A stretch of 64,000 nt of DNA. Source: Pseudovirgaria hyperparasitica (Eukaryota). Under the pieces are notes generated by a model. It saw nothing but the letters and a program-made list of their open reading frames with translations. It was not told the DNA's origin and searched no databases. Shown in pieces: positions 48,001 to 61,846 of this stretch. The position numbers were made by a program, and so were the translations under genes. Numbering within the stretch: position 1 is the stretch's first letter; each line of letters starts with the position of its first letter. The stretch lies in NCBI GenBank assembly GCA_010093815.1, contig ML996571.1, one strand, 5' to 3'.

Positions 48001-48668
48001 GTCAAGAGCGCCGCGAATGAAGTTCTCAAAAAAGCCAGGGAGTGACGGGGCAGTACCCATGCCAACATCTGCCTCGTCATCTTCGTCACTCAAGTCTTGC
48101 GCTTCGTGGACATATTGAGACTGGGAGTGGAAAGCTTCTTCGAGTTGTTGTCGTTCCCGCGCAGGCTCTTCTTGAAGAAAGGATTTGGCCAAGTCTTCTG
48201 CTGAAGGGATGTTCTCTCCTGGCTCTTTGCCTTCACGGTCTTTCCGTGTTCTATAGGGACTTGACGGTCGTTGCTCAGAGGGATCATGTCCACTGCCCGA
48301 ATCTAGTACTATATTCAACCGAATGCCGTCTACTTCTATCCGTATGCCTGGGTTGCTTGGGTCTAAGGTAAGTGTCAAACGAAGGACGGAGACTTTAGCA
48401 CTCGTAAGACGCAGCTGAGGCGGAAGGTCAAGGTGGAGAATAGAGGTGAGTCGCTGTTGAGGTTATATTAGCACAAGGTACGCAAGTCTTGATCTCTGTA
48501 TCTTACATCGATACGGAGGCCGACATCTCTAAGCTCAAGGGTTGACTTCTTGCCGACCGAGACATCGACAAAGTCAGAGGGATCCTTGTCCAGTATATCC
48601 AGACGAGCTAGTGAGAACAACAAGAGGCGCTTGACTATGCTGGAGGAAAATGAAAGCAGGAAAGCCAT
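42074..48668 (-). CDS. ATG2: Autophagy-related lipid-transfer protein Atg2, 4 exons
   Basis: Chorein-N-like start ([28 protein letters not shown]). Motifs [46 protein letters not shown] and [10 protein letters not shown]; ends KYKRY*. Introns 48454-48506, 43101-43149 and 42092-42143. Confidence 0.95.
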
Positions 48669-49267
48669 CGGGAATCAAGCGCGAGCCTCTGCTACCGTGG
48701 ACAGGCTAGGACTTCCATGTGTACAGCTTTGAGTATGATATGCGGAGACGTTGGTCGGGTGATACACTTTCAAGGTATAGACTGAGCAAGAAGTATAGTA
48801 TGAGTGTATAGGCCAGACAGAGGGTGCTCAACGTTAGCAGCAAGAGTCGATTAATAGCTTGGAAGGTGACCTTCGTCCCGGAAAGAGGTGAGAGGTGAAG
48901 CGTGAGGCGTGAGGTGTGAGATGTGAAGCGTGATAGTAAAAGAATAGAGAAGTGTCCTAGGAGAAGGGAGCTCAATAGGATAGTCGGCTGCACAGCGGAG
49001 CTGTTTGCGACACGAGACTTGAAATGCCGTAGACGGGTCACCACGTCCACGGTACTAGCAGCTGTTAACTGGAGCGTGGGGATGGTGGGGAGCGAATGTG
49101 GCTAGTACAGATCGGTAAGCCACTTAGATAAGATGAGATAAGAAAGGTGGCGCTCTGATGCAAGGATTCCCCTCTTCAGTACCGCGCCTCCACCGAACAT
49201 GCAAACGTCCCCGAAAGCACTCTTCTGACCTGCACCAGACTCATTTTCAACGACATCGTATACCAGT

Positions 49268-51066
49268 ATGTCTCTAGAAGATGACACTACCTTCAGAAAG
49301 GCGAATGGTGTCCCTTCACACAGCGACGAGTTCATTCAGCGATTCCTACAAGGCAGGGACAGCCTAGTATACGAGGAGAAGAAACAAAGAAGCGGTTGGT
49401 AAAGAGCCCTGCGACTCACGCATGATGTATAAAACGTTTGAAACTAACAGAACATGCAGACCGAGTCTTCCGTCAGAGCCTCTCACCCGCCAGTGCGGAA
49501 GCTTGCGCAATTGTAGACCAGATTCGCTTCGAAGAGCAACAGACGATATGGACACGAGAATACGAAAACAGTCTGGCGGAAGAAGACCAGGATATATATC
49601 CTGGTATGATGTTCAGTCTCGCAAAAGAGCGCATGGAGAAGAGCAAGCTTTGGAAGATCATCAAGAAGATGCCTAAAGGGGCATTATTGCATTGCCACAT
49701 TGAAGCAATGGTGGATTTTGACTGGGCTATGGTTGAAGCTTTCAACACAAAAAACTTCTGTATCAAGGCTAAGGAGCCATTGTCTTCGCCCAGGAGCAGA
49801 AGAGCGGCAAACTTCGAATTCGTGTACAAAATCGACTCCAAGGTCCCGGGCGAAAGCATCTGGTCCGACACATATACACCCTCAACCCCTGTTCCCCTGA
49901 CCGCTGCCGCAGACGCATACCCAGACAACGGCAAAGCAGGCTTCATCGAGTGGGTACGCTCACGCGTTACAATAACCCACGAGGAGTCCCTTCGCCACCA
50001 CTACGGCCCTAATGACGTCTGGCGCAAGTTCCTCTCTTGTTTCCCGATCCTCGGCAGCATCATCTACTACGAGCCCATCTTCAAAAAGTTCCTCCAGCGC
50101 ATGTTCACCCAGCTTGCCGAAGACGGCGTCCAGTGGGTCGAGCTACGCTCCGCATTCTACACACCTTTCTACAGCGAATGCCAAGAAACCCCAGACCAGG
50201 ATCACGAGGGTTTCTTCGACTGCCTCGAGCAATGCATTGAGGCATTCCAAAAAGACCCCGCTTCTCGAGACCGTGTAGAATTTTGGGGCGCCCGCGTAAT
50301 CTGGACCACCATTCGCGCGCTTGACACCCCCGCTATAATCGCCGGCATGAAAGAATGCATATCGCTCAAGATGCTGTTCCCAGACCTCATTGCCGGTTAC
50401 GACCTCGTCGGTCAAGAAGACGCCGGACGGCCTCTCTCCGATCTTGTCCCTGAGCTCTTCTGGTTTCGTAAAGCATGCGCGCAATCAGGCGTTACAATCC
50501 CATTCTTCTTTCACGCGGGCGAGACACTTGGCGACGGCGATAGCACAGACGAAAACCTCTTTGACGCAATTCTGCTTGGCACAAGGCGGATCGGACATGG
50601 CTTTAGCTTGTACAAACACCCGCTGCTAATCGACATGATCAAGGACAAACGCATCCTCGTCGAGAGCTGCCCGGTCAGCAACGAGGTCCTGCGGCTGTGC
50701 AGCTCCATCATGGCGCATTCACTACCTGCGCTCCTGGCGCGCGGCGTGCCATGCGCCCTTTCCAACGACGACCCGACGATTCTCGGACACGGCGAGGTCG
50801 GTCAGACGCACGACTTCTGGCAGGCAATTCAAGGGTGGGAGAATCTCGGTCTTGCGGGCTTGGGCAGTCTGGCGGAGAATAGCGTGCGGTGGGCGGCGTT
50901 CGAGGACGAGCAGCCGGCCGAATGGACACAGGGTGTTCGCGATGGGGTCACGGGCAAGGGAAAGAAGGGCGAGTATCTGAAGCAGTGGATGAAGAGCTGG
51001 GAGCGCTTCTGTGTGGATGTCGTGCAGGAGTATAGTCCAGACGAGGATTTAGATCCGGACGAATAG
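49268..51066 (+). CDS. Adenosine deaminase, ADA2/ADGF (CECR1)-like family
   Basis: Exon 1 is MSLEDD..EEKKQRS; intron 49395-49450. Motifs MPKGALLHCH, GYDLVGQED, FFFHAGET, RRIGHG, CPVSNEVL and LSNDDP (metal and catalytic residues intact). Confidence 0.92.
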
Positions 51067-51380
51067 AGTTACACTCAAAATGGCTATCTGGGTTGTAGAG
51101 GGGGGCGTTTAGAAGGGCTTTGAAAGGGGGGCCATCTAGATGGAGTTTGGAGAGGGGCCCAGTGAGGCGACTTTTCAACAAGTAGACACCATACATTGTT
51201 ATACGCTGTATTCTTTGCACCGAACACGAACTAAAATAGATTGCCACATCAAATGACCATCACATTCTTTCAAGTATCGCAAAACTCTACGTTAACCGCT
51301 TAGACGCCGTATGATTAATAACAAGTCTTACGACGGTCGTCTTGAACTAGCTGCCTGTTCTGTGAGCTCGATTGCACAAT

Positions 51381-51460
51381 CGGGCAGTTTGGACACTATC
51401 CGGGCAGTTTGGACACTATCGAGGCAGTTTGGACACTATCGGGGCAGTTTGGACACTATC
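51381..51460 (+). repeat. Minisatellite, 4 x 20 bp
   Basis: (CG/CG/GA/GG)GGCAGTTTGGACACTATC in four contiguous copies with an invariant 18-bp core. Confidence 0.95.
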
Positions 51461-51925
51461 GGTCGGTCTGTAGAACTTCCACGATAGACCACGAAAGTGA
51501 TTGCCTCTTTCGTCAGAGAGCCACACGGTGACTTTAGTGAACTTGCTACTGCAAGGCACCATATTTATAGATTGCGCTGGTTAGAGTTCAGTGTCACAGA
51601 GCAAGATGTGTCACTAAACCACTTCCAAAGGCAAAGGTAACTATCGAATGCTCCTATCTCATGATTTCCAAGCCTTGTACGCCATGTCTAGCTATTCAAT
51701 CCCCAGGGTGATTCACACGGCTTCCTTGCCATGTGATAGTAAAGAAGGTCTTGCCCTCTCCGAAGAAGCCCATCGAACCGTCCATTTCCCAAGTCTCTAG
51801 TAGTTCCATTGATCTATAGTACATGGAAGAGTAGACGTGCTCCATGCTCCGCATATTATCTAATTAACCCCAATGACACACTCCTCAGATCAGAACCATG
51901 CCGTTCTCCGTCCATACAGAGCAGC

Positions 51926-53148
51926 CTAAGTCTCGCCGTGATCAAGGGTCTGGATCTGTACCTTGATAGCGCCTGTCTTCGGATCCGCCGCGGTATGGAA
52001 CGCCTTGACCGCATCCTCCAGGCCGTACCTATGCGTCACCAACTTTCGCATGTCCACAAGGCCACTCTCCACCAAGCGGATAGCGCGTGGCCATGTATTG
52101 CTATAGCGGTACTGGAACTGCAAATCCACCTCGCGCGTACTCAATCGCATGAAAGGAATCTTGATCTCGTTCTTGCCAACGCCGATGACGAAGACTTTGC
52201 CGCCAAATTTGACGGACTGGATGGCGCCAGCGATGGAAGATTCGACGCCCGTGCATTCCATTGCCACGGCAGGCTCGACACCACCTGTGAGCGCGAGAAT
52301 CTTTGCAGCATAGTCTTCTGCAGTGTGGCTAAACTCGACTTTATACGTGCGTACGGCGGGGACAAGTTCGCGTGCAAAGGCAAGCCTGCCTTCGTCGATG
52401 TCCGTGACAACAATCGGTTCCGCACCTGCAGCCTTGACGCATAGGAGCGTGACAAGGCCAATGGGCCCAGCTCCACATACAATCACCGGGTCACCAATCG
52501 TGATATGAGCTCGCTGCATGCCAGCAAGGGCAACTGACAGCGGCTCCAACATAGAACCATCTTCATAGGTCATGCTGTCGGGCATTTTGTGGCACCAGAC
52601 AGCCGGATGATTGACATAGCGGCGGAGAAGGCCTGGGTAGGGAGGCGTGGAGAGAAACTCGACTGTTTCACAGCCGTTGTAGCGGCCAGTGAGGCAAGGT
52701 TCGCAAGAGTGGCAAGGAATGTTAGGTTCGATTGCGACGCGATCGCCGGGTTTGAGGGACGTGACGGATGGGTGGACGGCGATGATTTTGCCGGAGGACT
52801 CGTGACCCAGGATGTGGGTGTCGCGAACAATCATGGGACCGATGCAGCCAGCGTGCCAGAAGTGGACGTCGGAGCTGTGGAATGTAAACAAATTTGTTTG
52901 TTGTGAGGTATATGCTGACTGGGGAGAGAAGATTCACGAAATGAAGTGGAAAGTGAGGTGAAGCAATCTTACCCGCAAATGCCAGTGGACTTGATAGCAA
53001 TCATGACTTCGCCAGGCTTCAGGCTGTCGCCCTTCTCAACCGTTTCGAGTGACGGTTCAGCTTCAGCAACCCACAGCTCGTGCTCAGGATTCGTGTAGAC
53101 GCCAATGTTTGGCTGACGATTCTTGACCAGATTGCCGTTGGTAGTCAT
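51926..53148 (-). CDS. lad1: L-arabinitol 4-dehydrogenase (Zn-dependent MDR, sorbitol dehydrogenase-like)
   Basis: [35 protein letters not shown] (intron 52875-52972), LGHESSG, structural Zn [39 protein letters not shown]. Confidence 0.92.
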
Positions 53149-54528
53149 GATGATCAATTGAACGAAGAAAGATATAATATGGGACGAGAGAAGTTTGAAA
53201 GATGGAAGTGGACAAGTAGGGAGCAGGAAAGAAGAGTAGGAGAAGCTAGGTTCAGAACGTAGATGTGGGTGAGAAGAGATACGGTGAACAGATGACGGCG
53301 AAAAGAATCAGACGGCGTTAAAACAGATCAGTTCGGAGTTTCTTACGGCATTGACATCGAACGCTGGCTGACGATACGGTAGCATGCCATGACGCTCAAG
53401 TGGGGGAGGGGTAGCCGTTGTTAAGCAAGGTGAAGTAGTGGGCAAAGGAGGCCCATCCCGCAGCTAACGTTGGTCACAAGATGCCGTGAACTTCCATGTT
53501 CACGATGCTCTGAAGGTTCTGCACCGCCCATCGCTGTCATCATTGGCCAGAGACAGAGAGCACAAGACAGAAGTGGAGCAGTAGCAGCGGAAATAGAGGT
53601 GAGTTGAACAACGCTGAGCAGCAGAATGAGGTGAACACGTCGCGAGGTTGGTTGTGCGTGTCTGGGCGTGCGTCTCCCTCTACTTTGCCTCTGTTCCGTG
53701 CCAGACCCCAAGTATCGTGAGTGGCGCGGGCGTGGTGTTGAGCGTAGAGAAACTTTATGCAGGGCACAAGCACCGGCAAATGCGTTGTGCTGTGCTATGA
53801 GTGGCCGACACACTCACACTGTCTGCACGTCTGCCTGCTGATGTGATGCGCCGCATCGAGACCACCAGATTTCTCCACTTCGGGGTATGCGATCCCCAGA
53901 TTGCACGTTGCATGCTGCACCCGTTGGCGTTGCAGAGATTTCGAGAACGTTGTTGCTGGTTGACGGTTGATGTAATCATGGATGATGATGATCATGGTGG
54001 GTGGTGGTGCCATCGATATTGAAATGGATACCTGCTCGGTACGGTACCAGAGTATATCCACAGTTGCAGCTCCGGTGGGTTAATGCGTACGCTGATGGGT
54101 TCCCGTGAGTTTCCGGTGGTCCTCGCTTGCCAGTGGCAGGAACGTGTTACGTGACTTCCTCCCATGTGCCACGATGACTGTAACGCGATCCTTCTACTTA
54201 TAGATACATGGATACACGTACTATTAACTAGGTACCTAGGTAAGGACTCGGGAAGGGGTCGTGAAACATCAGCTGACTCATGCCAATGACATGACATACC
54301 TATGATGAGGCCTCCATCACAATTGACGAGAAGCTTGCCTGATGTCTATCTCTACAATACACCAACTTCACATTATTTTTGGTTCGTTCAGCTTGAAGAC
54401 GCCGTTATATGCAACCCAACTCAAGAATCGATATGTCCCAACGCCAAACCGCATCTGTCTGACTGTCACTTTACCATCGTGGCCCACTAATTCCAGCGAG
54501 CCCTTCGTGGCTGGTATTGTTGTCTCTC

Positions 54529-57500
54529 TCACGTGTCTCTGACGCTAATGCCTGACCGTGTCGTATACATCCGCGGTGCAATGTTCATCGACATCAGTTC
54601 CTGGAAAAGAAGTTTCATGGCGTACGGAATATGAACCTGGGCGATACGCGTCGCGTTCTTGCAATTACGGCAGTAGAACTGCATTTTCTTAAGGTTGCTG
54701 TAGTTGAGTCAGCGCACAATCTACAAATATACAAAAAAAGTACTTACGCTTCAGGAGTCATCAACCCACAGATCTCGCACACATGTACACGGTATGCATC
54801 CGAGACCTCAAATAGACGTTCTTTCAAGAACGACGCTGCTCCATGTGAAATCATGCAATCACGTTCCATCTCTCCGAATCGTAAACCACCGTCTCTTGCG
54901 CGACCTTCCACGGGCTGGCGAGTGAGAATTTGCACTGGCCCGCGAGCACGAGCATGGATCTTATCGTCGACCATGTGCCGGAGACGTTGATAGTATGTTG
55001 GGCCAAGGAATACTTGCGCCATCATTTTCCTGCCCGAGTGGCCCTGGTACATGACCTCAAAGCCACGGCTCTGGTAGCCTTCTGCGCGGAGTAGTTGGGA
55101 GACGGACTCGACGGTAACGTCTGTGAACGGTGTGGCGTCTCCTTCCGAGCCGCGGAGGGAGCCAACTTTGGATAAAAGACACTCGATTAGATGGGCAATC
55201 GTCATACGAGATGGAATGGCGTGTGGGTTGATGATGAGATCTGGTGTGAGACCTTCGCGGGTAAAGGGCATGTCTTCCTGGCGGTACGTAATACCAATTG
55301 TACCTTTCTGACCATGACGAGATGCGAACTTGTCACCAATCTGGGGAACCTTGGTAGTTCGCGTGCGGACTTTAATGAACTTGTTACCTTCTGAGTTGGT
55401 CGTGACCATGACCTTGTCGACGATTCCATTCTCGGTACTACGTAGCGGCGTTGAAACATCGCGCTTCACATGGAGTTTAGTCCGCTGGCCAAGCTCCTCT
55501 GCATCTGGTGCGATCGGTGCAGTCTTGCCAATGATTATATCCTCGCCAGAAACACGGACACCAGGAGCAACCACACCATCATCATCGAGCTTGTCATACG
55601 TCCCATGTTTCAGCCGTATCGTGTCACCCCGTTGTGGCTTCTCAAAGCTCTCGATGGTGTGGAATCCTACACGCTTTTCCTGGTCCATGTACGTGCGGTA
55701 GAACAGACTTCGGAAAAGACCACGATCAATGCTGCTCTGATTCATGATGACGGAATCTTCTTGATTATATCCAGAGTAACAAGCAATCGCGACGATGGCA
55801 TTCTGCCCTGCCGGCAGTTCTCGGAAACGCAGGTATTCCATGGATCTAGTAGTAGCGAGAGGTTTCTGTGGGTAGTAAAGAACGTTCATCATCGTGTCGA
55901 GACGAAGCTCAAAGTTAGTAAGGGCGACTCCCATAGCTTGCTTGCCCATGGCAGATTGGTATGTGTTACGAGGAGACTATGAAACGTAAGTAAATATCGA
56001 ATATTTCCAAGAAAGCGACTGACTTGGTTGTGATCAGGGAATGGAATGATACTGGCACAAATGCCTAGGATCATGCTAGGATGGATCTCGCAGTGGGTGA
56101 AAGTTCTGATCGAGGGATTCGGCTTGGTCTTGAGACGCTTGTGTGTTTCCTCGTCATCTTGATAGACCTTGATACCTTGTCTTGCACGAAGATGATCTTC
56201 CAGGTCCTCAGGAGTCATAACGATCATGGCCATCTCTTCTTCGTCCGCATCAACGTATTCGACAACACCTTGTCGCAGTAGACCTGCCCATCCTACACCA
56301 GCCTCTTGTTTCTGTCGTGGTGTCATCATGGCGGCCTCCTCTCGTTCATCCAATAGAGTCTGGATGTGCGTTTTGTTCAATGTGAGTCTTCCTCTATTGG
56401 GACTTCGTGGGTCGTTATCAACAACGAACAATGGTCTACATACCCGACCAGCGTCTGTGAACACTCTGAACTCGTTTTCTCGTAGATCTCGTACCAAACT
56501 GATTTCAGGGATAAGAGGACCAAACCGTTTTTGCTGGATGATTTTCCTGACGAGTCCTGCTGGCTGCGTATGGACACCAACCCATACACCGTTAACGAAA
56601 AACTTGCAGGCCGTGGGAAAGTGGACCGGATCGTACTCCTCGAGAAGCTCCATTGACTCGTCCTGCAAGTATTGGACGATGGGTTCTGGCTCAGAGCCGA
56701 CACTGACATAACACATCAGCGCCAAATTCTTGACCAGCCCGCAAGCTTGTCCTTCGGGCGTTTCCGCGGGGCAGACCAGTCCCCAGTGAGTATTGTGCAG
56801 TTGACGTGGCTTGGCAAGCTTGCCATCACGTCCAATGGGTGTGTTGGTTCGTCGTAAATGCGATAGTGTAGAAGCGTATGTGTACCGATTCAACACCTGC
56901 GATACACCTGCTTTCGCGGATGCAGCCTTTTTCTGGTCTCCCCAATTACCCGTAGAAAGGGAGTACCTCAGACCATTCGAGATGGTGGTAGATCTGACGG
57001 CTAGTTGGAGATTAAAATCCTTGCCAGTCTCGACGCACTTTTGTAGATATTGGAAGACTTCCTTCGTCAGCTTTTGGAAAAGATAGCGGAATAGGTTGGC
57101 GATTAGCGGGCCGGCCAAATCAAGACGCTTTTTGCCAAAGTGGTCTCTGTCGTCCTCGTCGCGTCGACCTAAAACACACTGCATCAAACGATGTATCATG
57201 TAACCAAGGAAGAAAGCCTTCTTTGTTTCTGAACCTTCCTCTTGAGAGATGTGTGGCAAGAATTCCTTTTGCATTATATCACGTGCGTAACGAATTCGCC
57301 TGTCCTTCGTTCCAGTGTTATTGCTCCCACGCTTGGCAATCCAGTCCAGCGCAGACTCTTTGTCCTGTATATATATTGACTCATCAATTGATGGCTTAAG
57401 TAGCTCTAACATCTGCGTGTCATTGCTGTCGAAGCAAATGTGGTTGAGAATATCTTGGTCGGAAACAAAACCTAGGGCTCTGAACACGATCGCGATCGGA

Positions 57501-58393
57501 ACGTCAGAGCGGATGTATGGTAGTGTCGCGTAAAGGTACGGGCCATGCTCTTTATTTGCCAAGGTCGAGTTTTCCGACCATTTGACAGACATTGTTGAAA
57601 TCAGTCTGGAGCCTTTCTCCACTGCGCTACGAATCTCAGCTACCCATGGTGTTGAGCTGCCCTTTTTGGAGAAAACCTGTACAATGTTCGCTGCGCTACG
57701 CTCTTGCGCGATCAAGACTTTTTCGGATCCGTTGATTACAAAGTAACCACCTTGATCATATGGGCACTCCATATGCATATACAGATGCTCATCTCCTTGA
57801 CCGGAGAGAGAACAGAGCTCTGACTTCAACATGATAGGTAGCTTGCCGATGAACACGCTTGCAGGCTCAGGCTGGCTCTCCGTTTCCCAAACTAATTCGG
57901 TACCCCCGGTTCGCTGAGTCTCTACACCCTCCATATCGCCGTCTTCATTATCTTCACCTACGGGACGTTCTCTTGCCACCAGTACTTTCGTATATATTTT
58001 AGATCGGATCGCGCTGGAGTATGTCAGATTACGAAGACGGGCTTCGTGTGGATACAGAGGGCTCGTAGTTCCATCGCTCTCGGTAACGGTGGGATAAGTC
58101 ATGGTTACGTTGCCAAAGGTGACCTCGTATCTTCTCTTGATAATCGGAAACTCTTCGTCCTCGTTACTTTGAGGCGCGTTTTGATCCAACGTAATGCGGC
58201 CGTTGTCCTTGACGATTTGCGGAAGAGTGTGATTTGTGAAATCGTTGTAAGAGTCGAGCTGTTGCGACACCAAGCCCTTCAGCTCAAAGAATGATGAGAT
58301 GACAGTCCAGCAATCCTCCGCTGTGATGACGTCGTCATCCTCCTCCTCGTACTCCTCATAGCCATCCTCATAATTGTTAGAGTAGTCATCCAT
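54529..58393 (-). CDS. RPB2: RNA polymerase II second-largest subunit
   Basis: [64 protein letters not shown] and [12 protein letters not shown], plus the C-terminal Zn site. Introns 55977-56023 and 54698-54747. Confidence 0.98.
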
Positions 58394-59018
58394 AGCTAAA
58401 GGTCGCGCCTATGACAAGTCGCACGAATTGAGGACTGGCTGGCGCACTCTGCGGAGGCGCGTATATCGACACCGGGCGCGTGGGACTAAAGAAGCGTGTG
58501 CGATAAAGCTGCGGTAGTTGCGTGATCTCTGCAGAGAGCGATACGCGTTAGCCAGAGTTTAGGATACCGAGATTTCGTCGATGAAGGCTAAGGCGACAGT
58601 GATGTCTGAGCTGGAATCTAGGTCTATTGTATAAAGGTGCAGTCTGAAAGTAAGGCTGATCTTGGCGTGTCAAATCGGTACCAAAGATACAGTGGTGCTA
58701 TGTATTAGTCAGTACGTTGCAGGGTGGAAATACAATGCATCTTTCGAATGGATTGTTGAATGTCTAGAAGTACTGGCTAAAGGTTTTGTTCATGCAATCA
58801 CACAGTCAAATGGAAGCCGATCCAGATCAATGTGACAGAAGGAGGTGTATGTTATCATTGTGGGCCTAGAGCCTTCACGTATGCACTTCATCGGATCAAT
58901 AGCCTACAAGTTCAACACAGCACCGAGAGCCCTTGTAAATAGGTCACAAAGTGCCACATCATGGCAAGCGGAGGTATAAAACATAATGCCACGCTCATCT
59001 TTTGGTCCACAGGTCGCT

Positions 59019-60347
59019 TTAGCTGTTCAGCAGATGGTCTACCGCCCCTTGAACACTTCCGCCACTCCTGCGGAGAGCCTGGATATTGCGATCAAAGTCG
59101 TAGAAGCCCATGTCGTTGAGTTGCCTCAATTGGTCTTGGTATATCTCCTCGGGCGGACGGTTGTCCGAAGATTGTGCAGGTTGCTGCCCTTGCATGCCTG
59201 CCATGAGATTCATCATTTGAGCCATCGGATCGGTTCCTGCCTGCTGGCCTCCTTGTGCCTGCATCATCTGTTGCATCATCGTTGCAAATGGGTTTGCTTG
59301 AGCCTGACCTTGACCTTGCTGGCCCTCCGTGTTGCTTGATGGGTTCGTGGCCACTCCACTGAACGGGTTGGCTGCACTTCCAAAAGGGTTGGCACCAGGT
59401 GCGCCAAATGGGTTGCTTCCGTTGCCAAATAGAGCAGCAAAGGGGTTCTGACCAGTTCCACTACCCGCACCAAGTTGTGCAAATGGGTTGAGAGGTGGAG
59501 GAGTAATACTGGGGGTGCCTTGTGTTCCAGTTGTGTCTGTACCACTGGTAGGGTTCTGTTGGTTCTGAGGTGTTGTGTCTGTCACTCCTGGCGCAGGGAA
59601 CGCATTCGCGCCACCCCTGTTCATACTACGCTGTATCTGAGCTTGCATACGAATCATCTCTGGATTGAATATCATCCTTCGGAATTCAGGACTCTCGAGC
59701 GCCTGACGAGCCACGGGATTGTCGCGAAGCATGGGGCTTTCTTGTAACATGCGCATGAACTCCGGATTGTTCATGGCCTCATTCATCTGTGAAGCAAACA
59801 TTGGGTTTTCCAACATCTGAGCCATCTGCTCGGGATCTCCAAAACTTCCCATCTACGGCGCATTAGCTCAAGCAAGTCTAAATGGCGAGCGCTTACTCAC
59901 ACCACCATCTGGGCCAAATGTGTCTGCACCTGGAAGTCCGTGTAGACCAGCATATCGTGCACCAGTCAGGCCAGCAAGGGGGTTGTGGCCGGTTCCAGCG
60001 GCGAAATTCGTGGGGACGTTAGCAGCGGCGGAAGGTGGTGAGCCAGCAGACGCAGAAGTGGTATTCGCGCCGCCTTGGTTTGCTGGATGCTGCCGAGCAT
60101 TGCTCGCTGCTCCTTTTACGAGGTGTACCGTGTGTCCGTCCTTAATCTTGTAGCTTGCGAGGGTATCTGCGTCCTTCAACACACGGCCAGAGTATATCAG
60201 TCGTATCCTGTCTGTTGGTAGATCTGCATAATCTGATCCAGAGAGCTTGTTCTTCAAGTCTGCAACCGTAGTGCTCCCAGGGATCGTGATGTTGTATTTT
60301 GCGTCGCCAGATGACTTTACGCTGAAGGTGACGTCTTCGTCGGCCAT
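59019..60347 (-). CDS. DSK2: Ubiquilin/Dsk2 (Dph1) UBL-STI1-UBA proteasome shuttle
   Basis: N-terminal UBL (RLIYSGRVLKD..HTVHLVK), NPLAGLTGARYAG, Met-rich STI1 repeats, and C-terminal UBA (PPEEIYQDQLRQLNDMGF..GGSVQGAV). Intron 59853-59900. Confidence 0.95.
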
Positions 60348-60777
60348 GGTCGGCAGACCGCAAAGCGACCTGGTATGTAGCTGGAGGGAATGGAGTGGTA
60401 TGCAGCTCGTGAATGTCTAGGGATGTATGTCAGAACGGGTAAGCGATAAATGTAGATAAGCGCAGTGAGGAAAACGTGTTTGTATGTTGTTCTGAGAATG
60501 GGTTGGAAACAGAGAGAACCAGGCCAAGAACATGGACACCGTCGTGATGAAGGTGGGCGCCAGCTGGATGACGAGGGGGATTGGCGAGTCATGGACGGGA
60601 ACCATAGACGCGATCCATGGATGTTGGCCTTACAACCTAATAACCGCCACCGTGGACATTACCAAAGTCCCAAACTTCACAAGCGCCATAAATTGATGAT
60701 AGACCGCGCGCGATCACTTGGACTGTATAAACTTGGTCTCTACAATTTACTTTTGGTACCGATATACACGTGTATGT

Positions 60778-61846
60778 TCATAGCTTGCTTTGTCCTTCCG
60801 GCACCTTCACTACCACCTTACCCCAGGAGTCTCTCGCCCCTAGAGCTTCTAGAGCGGCCGGAACTGTCTCCAATCCAACATACTCCCTATCTGTAAAGCA
60901 TGTACCTTTGATCTTTCCACTCTCCATAAGAGCAAATAGATCACTCCAAACTTCCTCAATCTTTTCGGGCTCATTTGTAGCATATGCACCCCAGTGCAGT
61001 CCAACCACACTAACATTCTTCAACAAAATTCTGTTAGTGGCCATCTTCTCAATATCACCAGCTGCAAAGCCTATGACCAGAAGCCTTCCATTCCATGCCG
61101 TGCACTTCATACTTTGTGCGATCAGCCCTACCGGATCATAGACAATGTCAACACCGCGCTCCTTCGGCGTCAATTTTTTGACCTGCTCCGGCCATTTGCT
61201 GTCTCGGTAGTTCACCGCATAGTCTGCCCCGAAACGCTTCGCAACCTCAAGCTTGTGCTCTGTCCCAGCAGTCGCAACGACCGTCGCTCCCAAAGCTTTC
61301 GCAATCTGTACGGCAGCCAGCCCAACACCTCCAGCAGCGGCGTGTACTAGAACCCAGTCTCCTTTTTTCAAGTTCGCCCTTGTAACTAGCCCGGCATAGC
61401 TAGTTGGCGCAGTCACAAAGAGCCCTGCGGCATCAAAGTGACTCCAGCCTCTTGGCACCGGTCTAAGCTTCTCCTCTGAGGCTGCAATCTTGGTCGCGAA
61501 ACCACCTTGCGAAGCGCCGAACACCCTGTCTCCTACTTTGAACTTGGTCTTCCCACCCTTTGGGTTGGATGGGACGGCGAGGACAACTCCAGAGAACTCG
61601 GCGCCAGCGATCCAAGGCAAAGGTGGCTGATGTTGGTATTTCCCGCGGATCTGGAGAAGATCGAAGAAGTTTGTGGCAGAGGCCTTGACGCCTATCAGGT
61701 ACTCAGTCGGTTGAGGTTTTGGATCAGGGAGCTCGGTCACTGTGAGGTCGCGTGGACCCTAGTATCGTAAATGGATGATGCGCTGTCGCAAGGCCTCAAG
61801 AAGTTGCACATACCTTGACATACTCTTTGATCTGGATACCGCGCAT
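60778..61846 (-). CDS. NADPH:quinone oxidoreductase / zeta-crystallin-like MDR
   Basis: MRGIQIKEYVK|GPRDL (intron 61759-61813), NFFDLLQIRGKYQ, VLVHAAAGGVG, GVDIVYDPVG and GRLLVIGFA. The C-terminal SKL is a PTS1 peroxisomal signal. Confidence 0.92.

Noticed and set aside
51381..51460. 20-bp repeats as a mini-CRISPR
   Set aside because: Only 2 variable bases separate the copies; it is a simple minisatellite.
51809..52444. 211-aa + strand ORF
   Set aside because: Antisense shadow of the GC-rich, codon-biased lad1.
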